Shown here piece by piece: positions 35,901 through 46,500 of a stretch of 64,000 nt of DNA. The position numbers and the translations under genes are program-made. The stretch is from assembly GCA_000708835.1 (NCBI GenBank), contig DF237002.1, forward strand, positions 156,291 to 220,290, given 5' to 3'. This DNA is from Klebsormidium nitens (lineage: Eukaryota > Plantae > Klebsormidiophyceae). Numbering within the stretch: the stretch's first letter is position 1; every line of letters begins with the position of its first letter. The notes under the pieces are model-generated. The model was not told where the DNA came from. It was given only the letters and a program-made list of their open reading frames with translations, and did no database searches.

Positions 35901-38900
35901 AGTCCGCGCGGTACACCTCCCCGTATGAGCCGATGCCCAATAGGTTATCCCCCGCCCAGCTGTTGGTGGCGCGCTCCAGCTCGCGCAGGCTGTACACCGT
36001 GACCTTGGGGTTGGCCGGGTACGGCGTTCCGGGGTAGGGCGTGCCCGGAGAAGCTGCAAACAGCGGGCTGAGATTCACAACTCTGGAGTTCCAGGTGTTG
36101 AGTACTGGAGTTCAGACTTTCGGCAGACTTGGGTTTTCTTTCCACAGGCTAGTGCTACGGTCATGGAAGCTGTTCACTAGTTCAGTTAGGCTGACAGAGG
36201 CGAGGAGATGAAGATTCACGATTTGAGAAGTCGGCCGAAACGAGAGGAGGAAAGGCTGCGACTTTTTGGAAGAGACCAAATGGACATAGCAGGACGGGGT
36301 TGAAACCGCAACTTTTGACTCCAAACCAGAGCCAGCGAGAAACAGTGCCTTCTTTTTGCGGGCCGCCTGTATCAGAGTGCCAACCATCGCTTCATGACTG
36401 ATCAACAGCTGGATTGCACACCAGGCCCGATGCTTTCGCTTAAGCCTCCATGCTACGGTACTTCTTCCCACGATATCATAAGCACCCTGACACGTGTCGG
36501 AAGGGAGCGCCACTTACGTGGATCCACGGACGACCCGCGGACTTGTCGGAAGGCCTTGCGCTTGCGCCGCCGCCAGAAGCGCGCCCCGACAAGTAGGCAA
36601 CAGCAGAGGCCCAACGCGCACAGCAGGGAGAAGGCGACGGTCACGCCGAGGAAGCCCTTGTTGACGCGCTTGACTGCACCGAAAGGGAGCAGCGTTTCAA
36701 AGAAGATTCTGGAGTGGAATCGGCGCCACTGTTTGCATGCGTGCTTTTGACGCTGCTCCTTTGATTGACAATCTATATCAGTTAAGGAGGAGATGGACTT
36801 TAGGTGTAAGGCATTATCAAATCCCAGCCCGCGTCCAGATGTCTCTCAGAACCAGGATTTAGATGACCGAACTTCCTGCTTCTTGCCTCTATCAAACTTT
36901 TGCTTCTGTCTTCTGTCCTGGTTTCTCGAAATCCTTTGCACCTGAATGCAAAATGAAACACTAGCGACCCACCCAGCGAACTCCTTCGGAATGCAAGGGC
37001 ATAAACAGTGCGAAAAACCAGAATCATTTCTGGAGGCCCTCCCTACCTGGTCTGCACTCCGTTCCCGACCCTTGGAACCCCGGCTTGCACTGACACTCCA
37101 ACAAACCGGTCCCATTGCTTGCTAGAACCGCCCCCGCGTTTGCATCGCACATCAGGCACATTTTCCCGTTTCCCTGTGCCGGGGGATTGCACTGACAACC
37201 CCAACTTCCGTTAGTCTGTACCACCAAACGCGCCATACTACTGCAATTTACCGTTCCCGTCATGGGGGGGAGGGCAAGTATCGACCCGCCCAGCGAAGCC
37301 GCCCCCCCGGAAGTTTGATTCGCTCCAGGGACGGTGAAGTTGGACGGGAGGGGGGGAGGGTTAGCGGTAACTGGAGGGGGGTTTGGGGGCGGGTTTGGGA
37401 GGGCGCATCTGTAGCCGTTTCCTGCGTAAGGGGGCGTGCAGGCGCAAGCGGAGGTGCCGTTGGGGAACGAGAGCGGGGAGGCGTTGTCATCGCAGACCTC
37501 GCAGGTCTGGCCGTCGCCGTAGAACCCGGGCAGGCACGTGCAGGCGCACGTGGCAGACGAGCCGCTGCCGGAGCGCACGCTGGTGCCGTGGATACTGCAG
37601 TCTGTATCGGAACATAAATCCAGGTTATGGGCTGGTTATCCAGAACACGATATTGTAGATGCTCTCAGCTCTTTACTTTGGCCTTCTCTGCAAAGATTGC
37701 ATATGAAGAATGTTGCGACAGGAGCGTGCCCATCAGAGATCGTCCTGAAACAGGACCGTCGAGGAGACTGGAAGTACGAGGGAATCAATCGGCAAAAGAC
37801 TGAATGCTACACTGAGCGTCCCCTGGTAGACACAGATTCGATTCCAGAACCTTTTCTTAACGTATGAGACAAGCAACGGATGACAATCCTTTGAACCGAA
37901 AGGAAGGGGAAGAGAAGCTCGCGACAAATACAATGGAGGGGCAACAAAAGAGGCTCACATCTCGACTTGCCGCAGACGTATGCGGTCGATGAGTACGGCT
38001 TGATGGTACTGCACACATAGTCAACGGCCTTGCCCCCCTCGAACTTGGCGCAGTTCTCGTTGTTCTTCTCCGCGCCAAACGTTTCAGCGGTGCTATTGTA
38101 ATCGTTCGGTTCGACCGTATACGCTTCCCCTGGAGATCCTGCCCGCCATTGCACCACACCGGGAACGAGCGAGTCCCACGGCACCGCCTGCTGAGCCATG
38201 CAGTCCTGCAAATACGAAGTGGGTTTGGGTTAGCATCTGCCCGGGCTCCAGCACTCGGGCCCCTTAAACGCGGGGACAGCATGTTGTTTTCGACGGGATG
38301 TTCGATACTTCCCTGAAGGGGTGGGAGCCTAGTACAGCATCGAATCCCGTAAAGTTTGCACTTAATGCAGTGCAGACTGGCTGCAGCATGTTGACCCTGC
38401 GTTTAACGGGGGCCGAGATAGGTCTCACTCCTTATGGCAACCCTCTAAGCCGACTACCACCGTCACAAGGTTTAAGGGTTGTTTGCCCGGAATCTTTTGC
38501 GATCCGAATTCTTTTCGACCCGGCAGTTTTTCGAAAAAGAGTCCCAAATAAGCCTTCTTGGGCGACTAGAGCTAACCCTGTTTGTAAACCAGGCCGGAGC
38601 GACTTTGGCAGTGATCAAGATGCGCGCACTGCTCCTACGAGCACAACCAGGAAAAGAGCCTGATTATCGTCGAACATGAAACGTTGGCAGCCAAGTTGGA
38701 CCGGCCACTTCTGCTGTGCTTGCTGTGGAGCCGCATGGCCCCTTCCAAGACGCGAGAACCCCGCACTTTGAAAAATTGCTCATGCTCTTTGGAGGGTAGC
38801 CTTTACGTGACTTCCGACCCACATGCAGGGGCCCAAACTTCCACAATCTGGGTTCAAGCCCTGTTCGTACAACACCCTGTCGAGCTTCAAGTTTGAGAAA

Positions 38901-41746
38901 AGGTTGACCATTTCTGACAGGATCCGTGAGAGGAGTATGCGTACTCATGCCAACTACTCTCCTGAAACTCCCTGTCAGCCCAATAGCCCACTATTGACAA
39001 ATTAGTATATCTTGGCAAATACAACCGTCTATCTTTGAAAGCGACAGCCAATGGGGGGTCCTCAGGAACTTCGCTGGGATTTTGTACTCTGGGTTCTGAC
39101 AAACTTGCTTAAACCCCGTCCTTAACCCACCTGCCAGTACCACCCCGCGCCGGGCGCTGTTTGGCCGTCCTTCTGGTGCGCCCCGAACCAGCAGTCGTTC
39201 TGCGCGCTCTGCTCGCACGTGCTGTTCAGCTCCAGCCACTCAGTCAGGCTCGAGGCACTCGCGAGATGCGCCCCTTGATCCACGCACGCCTGCTCGGCGG
39301 TGTCCCATGTGAGCTGCGTCCGGTTGATCGTTAAGAGGAGGCAGGCGCCGCTGGGGGTGCGGAACCAGCGGTCGGGGCATTGGTTGAAACCTGGGGAAGG
39401 GAGGACAGCGTTGTGTCAGCGGAATAGGGGACACAGCGGGGGGTGCAGACACAGCGGTCAGGGCACTGAATGAAACCTGGTGGGGAGACACAGAAGCAGG
39501 ATATCAGCGAAATGGGGGATAAACGTGCGAACTCAGGTGAAGCTTGAGAAAGTTAGGAACCAGCGGTCGGGGCACTGGTTGAAACACGTTGGGGGGGAGG
39601 GAAAAACAGCATGTCAGCGGATGGGGGTTGGAAATGCGAGCTCTCGCCGAGGTGAAGGGTGAGAAGAGTACGAGCCAGCGGCCGGGGCAGTGGTTGAAAC
39701 CTGGGGGAAAAGAGACGAGAGGGGTATGTTTGCGAAATGAGGGACACTGCGGGGGGTGCTACACAGCTGGGGGGTCCGAACCAGCGGTCGAAACAGTGGT
39801 TGAAACATAGGAGAGAGGAGAACTTATGTCAGCGGGAACAGGATTTATGGGTGCGAGCTTGTGCTGAGGTGAAGAGGGAGAAGAGTACAAACCAGCGGTT
39901 GGAACCTGGGATCGGAAGAGAGGAGAGCGTTCAACCAGAAACGAGGGGTTGTGGGTGCTAGCTCGTGGTGAGGTGAAGCTTGAGAAGAGTAGAAACAAGC
40001 GCATGGGGCACTGGTTGAAACCTTTGGGGGTGGGGGAGAGGAGAGCAAAATGTCTGCGAAAGAGGGGTTGTAGATGTGACTTGATGTTGAGGTGAAGCGT
40101 GCGTACTGGAGGAAAGGGAGGGTATACAGAGCGACTGTGAGGAAGTCATCAAAGGAAGACAAAGTGTGCCAGTGACGGCAAGCCCTGGGCAGGGAGATGA
40201 AATAGGGAATAGTTGAAGGGGCTTTGACAATGGGAAGCCAGTGCTTGGGGGACACTCCGTAAAGCCTGGGGAGAGGACAGCATAAGACAGATAACTTACT
40301 GCAAAGTTGGGTTGAAGGAGGACAAGGTAATTGACAATATCAAAAGGTGATGGTGGCTACTGCTTCTGGCTGGAGTGCGTTGTCTGGGGTTCAGGGAGAA
40401 CCAGTTCTGAAAAGAATCTCTAAAGGAACAGCGGGACTGATGACGACAGGGGACTGGAAATGGAACATCTTATTCCATGACGATTGTCTAGGAGCAAGGA
40501 ATCAAGAGATGGAGACCAAAAGTCTTAGGGTTGACTGCAGGCCTTCTTGTGTAGGCAATCAGCTTGTAGGAGGTGAGGCTGAAACAAAGGGTCAGGATCT
40601 GTGCCGGTAGGTTAAGTTAAAAGGAGGAAGCTCCCAACTGGCTCCTTGCGGGGTAGCAAGGCGCTAGGAGAATTAGAGGATTACTTTTCTCCTTTTCTGT
40701 CCCGTTGATGTCCGGCATGTTCTAAAACCAAAGGTCCATGGGGGTTGACTTTACATTGTGAGAAATGGCCTACTCGACCTGGGTCAAAACTGGCCTTGGC
40801 AGCTGACGAACCTAAGAAACCCAGATGCTGAAGGCTTATCAAGGCTGGACAAGCTAGGCCTGTGATCCTGGCAACATGAAGAACGTGAATAGGTGACATA
40901 AAGGAGATGCGACCTGTGGGATTGTGCATAGACTGCTCAGCTGAGAACCACCAATTGGAGAATTTGCAGTAGCAATTAGATTCTCTCTGCCGCAAGCCAA
41001 TGCTGCTTTGTCCTCAATGTACGTGCATCCTGAAAATAGTTGTTTGTGGCACAAGGAACAAAAGGCAGTGACTTTAGCCCATGAACTTCATTTGCTCGCC
41101 ATACCTGAACCTAGTCTGTCTAGTTTCACTTTGAGCTGCTTTTTTGAGATTTTTTCATAATCCTGACCGGTATGTGCAGCTAGGCAGGACCCCTGATAGG
41201 CCTTGCTGATCATAGGAAGTTCTAATTTTGAAGCGTCGAAATTCTACATCAAATGCTCAAAATGCAGAAGAAAGGTGTGCCTTCGTTACATGTATCAATA
41301 TACACAAGAGGCCTGTGAAACCGATCCTTGGTGAGTTCAGCTATTTTCCAGTTTGCCATCCGAAGGGTTTTAAATGGCTGCACTTCTGCGCATCCCAAAA
41401 GGGGTACTGGTTGCCAAGCAACGAGGGTGGCTTTCACAGGCTGATTCAAAGCACTGGGGGAATAGAGACCAAAAGCAACCCGGAACCTTCAAAGAAGAGA
41501 GACTCTATATTGACTACCGTCACAGTTTTCCACGCTCTTCCATTGTCACTAGCTAACCCATTGCAATTGCATGACTTCTCCAAATGAGCAAATTCAATCA
41601 GCTCGATACACAGGACTATGTTGGTCAAACCACTCACTTCGAAGCTTTGGTATTTGTGCGGCGCAAGCGGAGAGAATGGCCGCCAGCCACGTCACTAGCA
41701 CAAACCCATTGCGAGCCCACCGCAAGGCAGCCTTGCGCCTCCTCAT
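33000..41746 (-). CDS. Receptor-like kinase (RLK/Pelle) with signal peptide, C-type lectin domain, 4 EGF-like repeats, Pro-rich linker, TM and Ser/Thr kinase; about 788 aa, 11 exons
   Basis: Exons (minus): 41746-41638, 39390-39131, 38205-37959, 37601-37047, 36673-36518, 36053-35807, 35460-35351, 34936-34825, 34405-34278, 33763-33615, 33293-33000; in frame (2367 nt). [32 protein letters not shown]; [23 protein letters not shown]...GAHLAS..CWFG..WYWQD..W..GEPN-like EPND..ENCA..YVC; [36 protein letters not shown]; kinase [54 protein letters not shown]. Confidence 0.93.
39391..40290 (-). repeat. Array of about 7 degenerate copies of the acceptor plus start of RLK exon 2 in intron 1
   Basis: Minus-strand unit 'cccag|gtttcaaccagtgccccgaccgctgg' (the FNQCPDRW start of the exon) recurs with exon-like starts at about 39476, 39585, 39700, 39806, 39905, 40021 and 40265; period mostly about 100-115 bp. 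Confidence 0.9.
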
Positions 41747-43507
41747 TCCTTTCCTGCCTGATTCAGCTACTAGCTTAACAGTTCCCCCTCCCTTGCACTT
41801 GACCTACCTACGGAGAATTGTAAAACTGATTGCTTCACCAGTAGAACCACTGAATGCAGTCTTCTGTTCAATAGCAGACCACTCTATGCAGCCCTTTCCA
41901 AACTCCCCATACAAGAGCTGGACAGAAGCAGCATTCTGCTGCCCTCTCAATGTAATACAGCTCGGTAGCTCCTGCTTAAACTCACCTAATCTTATAATGC
42001 AGAGCGCCGCCCCCTGACTCAAACCATTCTATCCTTGCCTCGACTACGCAATTTGATCCCTGTACTGCTCCTACCTACTTGTTCTGAAGGTCGCAGCCAT
42101 TGATCCTGAACTTCGCTCCGATGAGTACATTTTAGCTATCTTTTCACGTGCATCCACATCACCAACAAGGCGAGATCTGGGGACAGCCTGTGGGGCCAGT
42201 CTGTCACATCTGACAACAGATATAACCACCATCTACATATACATTCCGATGCTTCAAGTTCCCTCCCTGCATGTGCCAGGGATGAAAGAACGAGGAAAAG
42301 ATCGAGATTCGAGCTCCTTGCAAGCTGTTCATGCAGAGAAGAATCCTTTCTCTATCCATTCTCCGCATGAGAACAGCCATGGAGGCAGCCATGGCCTCTC
42401 CGGCGTGGTGGGAAAATGATTCTCGTTCCACAATCACCCTGGAGAAGAACGCCGAAAATGACGCACGTAGCGACGCTCTGATTGGCCGTTCGTTGCCGCC
42501 GGAAATAGCAAGTCCAGCGCGGCGCTGCACGTGCTCTATTCGGGCCGATACGATTAGCTCCGGTTGGCCGACTTTGATGTCATTGCGTCATTATTTCTGA
42601 CGTCATGACGAGCACGACAAAGCTCGACCGACGTAACTTGGGATTCTCCGGTTTTACCGGTGTCAGGCGCAGGCTGCATAGCTAGCCTGTATCTATAAAT
42701 TTCGTGCCTATACGCTATGCGTGCCAGCCTGAGCCTGTGCATGTCAGTGTGTGACTGACCGGACAGACCGCGCCGTTGTTAATTTAGGTATGCGTCGTTC
42801 GTGCAAGCAAAGGGTCAGTAAAGCTCTGTTTAATGAGGTACTGATATTAGAGAAATTTCAGTGGAAAGTCTACTTGCATATCAGTAATGCATAAATGGTC
42901 CTGCCATGCAGATATCGATTAGTGAAACAGCCATCCTGAGCCTGGTGAACTATGATTGATGGTCCTTGTAACGAATCCCGAGTCCGCAATTGCAATACTC
43001 AAAGCTTTCGATCACAGACAATGCTAGCAAAAACGATCCAGAAATACTAAAAAAATTGGACGCCGAAAATGACGGTCCCCTTTATGGAACGAGAGAATAT
43101 ATAATGATCTTGCAACACTCGACTTGCGAACAGTATGCTGGCCTCTTACAAGTAGTCAAAGACGCTAGCTTCAGAATGTCCCAAATCTACAGTACGTAGT
43201 TCGTCTTTTAGAACAAGGATCTAAACCAGAACAACATAACGTATAAGTTACGTAAAGCTACATTCAGCACTGTTGTTCGTGATTCTCAACGGTTCGTCTG
43301 TATTGTTGGTTAGTAGCAGTTGTACCTATCAAGGCAATCGTGCTGATCACTAACACAACAGCTAGCAGGCCCCCAGTATGTGTGAGGAGTCTGATAATCA
43401 AGTCAGCCAGTCCCGCTTTCCAACCCTCGCTCACAACAGCCAATTCGCTGCGCAAATCGACCAACCAATCGAGCAATTTTCATTCTCTGACCAGGCCCCG
43501 ATTTGAG

Positions 43508-46500
43508 TTACCCCCCCTTTTTGGGACTAGGACTGCCCATTGAGTAGCTCAGCTGCCGGAACAAGCTGACAAACGAATCCGGGACCGCAATGGTGGGCAG
43601 CTCAAACTCATGCTGCTTTTTGATTGCTTCAGAGATGCACGACGCTGCCGCATCCACTTCCTCCTCGGTCGTTTCCCGCCCAACTGACAAGCGCAGAGTG
43701 CACGCCGCAAATTCGGGGGGGACGCCCATGGCCTTGAGCACAGGCGAGCCGTGCCCCCCTGAATGGCAAGCCGAGCCGGCGCTGCAGGCAACTAGAGGCG
43801 CGAGGTCGGCGAGGAGGCGCGGGCCGTCGACGCCGGACATGGAAATGCTGCGGGAACCAGACTCCCTTAATTAGAAATACGGTCATGATAGCAAGTTAGG
43901 GGACTTGTCCGAAGACTGCGGCTGTCATGGCCACGTGGCTTGACGTGGCGGCCTTGAGAGTGTGGGTCGGCTCCGATGCCGCTGCGAGTGCTTCCTCGTC
44001 AGATCCAGATGCGAAGGCAAGAGAGAATGAGAAAGGGTAATGTGAGTAAGGGGATAGCGTGCGCTGGAAAAGTGCCCTTTCAGTCGTCTGGCGACCAGAA
44101 GAGCTGCACTGAAGGCTCCTCGGTCGCCAGAAGTCTGCTCGCGTTCACAAGGCCCTTTCAAGAACCAGATACTGTTTGTCTCTGGGCGCTTTTCGGCATG
44201 CGCAACATGCAAAGCAGGTAAACAATTTGTGGAAGCATAGAAAACGTAGCTGGGCCCGGAGATCTAACGGCCCTGATGATGAGAACATAAGCTGGGCCGT
44301 AAGGGCATCCACAGCAGCTATGGCTGCAGGCGCTTTTAGACACACTTCTTACAATCGTCAGTCAAGCCGACCAACCTTCGTTCTCCTCAGAAAGGCGGGG
44401 CATTAGGACCTCCGAACGTTCAAAGTTCTTCAAACCCCTGAGCTTAGACCGAACTGACGGAACATGAAGAAGTGCTTCGAGTAACTAGATGCGCGAGAAA
44501 AGCCTCACTTGAGGGTGCTGGGCAGGCGCTTCGCGGCGTCAATGGGTCCGTTGACTTTGAGGGCGAGCCGCTTGCTGCCCTGAAAGCCGGACGCCAGGTT
44601 CTGCTGCAGCCGGGACAGCAGCCGGTCGCGGACGTCCGTTACGTGGGCCACGTTCCGGGCCATGTCCCGTCGGGAGACCTCGCACGCCTGCAGAGAAAGC
44701 AGAGTTTATTTTAGCCTGGACGGTTCAAACAAGAGTCGGAGCTTTCATCAGCCCAGTAAAGCGCTGACGGATGCGAAGCTGACTGGATGGAACGTCCGAA
44801 GCTGCTGAAAAGAGGTGCAGTGCCCAGTTAAAACAGTATGTGTGGTTGCCGCAGGCAGTCTGAAGGAGCGACCCAGTGTAGCTCTTTGTGCCGGTATCTA
44901 GTCATTGTCATTCGAACCTCTCAGTACAACAAGATTCTGGAATGAGGACTTGAGACGAATGCGCCGAGGTTGAAAGCAATGGTCGCAGTTCGTTGAGCGA
45001 TCTTTAAGACGTGCTACTCAACCCTTTCGGTTGCTGAGGCTCTGAATCCACGGCAATCCAAAACTTGGCCATCCGGAGCCAAAGTTGGGCTATCAGCATT
45101 GCCGCATTGAAAGACTCGCACGAACGCGTCAGGTACGAGTATATTCACCATCCAATTGCTGTGCACCACCAGAAAGCTGCTGACATATAGCAACACGAAG
45201 AAGGAGAAGCGAGTGACTTCCTGATTCGGTCGCTCGGGCCTGAGCCAATGTGCCCACAGGCAGTGTTGCTTTGGTCGAATTCTCGGGAACTCAGTAATCA
45301 CGAACACGCGACGCACCTCGATTCCAACGGTCAGCTCGCTGCCAGTATCTTGACGATTGCATTGTTTGTGACTGCCAAGTGCTCACATGCGATAGACTGC
45401 TCAGGACGAATCTCTTGACGGCTATCAGCTGAATTCGCCAAGGGCTCTTTGACCACGTGGGTCGAGGCTTGACGTCATCATAGCCTTGCCACGGCAAGTG
45501 GAATATGTATCTAGCTTCTTAGTAACACTAGTCTCACTGATGACTACTGGCTCAAAACAAAAGCACAGAAGCTAGCTGACTGGGACAACCCGGAGGTGAA
45601 ACGTGTGGAGCAATCTCTCAATTGCAAGGGAAACCAAGTTGATCTACGCCCAGCCAAATGGAGAGGCTGCCAAAGGACGTGCGCTGAGCACTCAAAGTCC
45701 CATGGCTGCCCAACAAACATGTTTCCAAAAGCCAAGCGGCACAGTCCACGGCCCTTATCAGGGTTTGCTGACAATGTCTGCCAACGACCTGGATTGGCGT
45801 CGTCCAGAATCCAGGATTTTGAAGGCCTCCACAACAAGTAAAAGGAGGAGACGAAGTACAGCGGAAGTATCAGTTTTCAGTCGGGTTGTCGCGCAGACAA
45901 CAATGAGCAGCACGTCCTTAGTCCGAGGATAAGAAGAGTAAAAATGGGCGTATGTAGATTGGCCAGGCCGGGCAGGACATCCTCACGAATCGCGGCACTT
46001 GTCGTTTGTCACAATGACTTGAAGACGACTACGAAAGCAGTTATGGCGAGCTGGATGTCAACATCGTCTCTCTTTTCAGATGCTGCCCGGCATGAGCCCG
46101 GTGATGAGCGAGACCAATTAAGCTTCTGATTTTGAACGGCAATCGATCCTCCTCCAGTCCTTGCAAGGTCTTTGCTGAGCCTCCGCAACGTTCAGGGCTT
46201 CTCTGACGATCTATGACGAGCAGGCCAGCGCTTTCTGTCATCATTGCCCTGTGGCGCTGACGGGATCAGAGAGAACATGGTGTGCAACATGCACTCTGCT
46301 TTCCACCGCTCATGCTGGTTGTTAAGACAGAACAAAAAAGACACAAAACACAGGCGAATCACTTCCGGCAAGCCTCTCTGAAGCTGGCAAACTCCCTTAG
46401 AAAATCCCAAACTCATCGAAGGTCAGAACGATGTACGATAGTCCGGACTTAATAACTGCATACATCATTCTCGCAACGGATTTAGACACCGGAACTTCTG

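Noticed and set aside
42590-42700. TGACGTCATGACG (as-1/CRE-like) and TATA-like motifs upstream of the RLK
   Set aside because: Short motifs expected by chance; the spacing differs from canonical as-1 and the TATA-like word is on the opposite strand.
43264-43476. 70-aa ORF with a hydrophobic stretch downstream of the SCLY-like stop
   Set aside because: Lies in the probable 3' UTR, starts at a non-ATG codon and has no coding-like codon bias.
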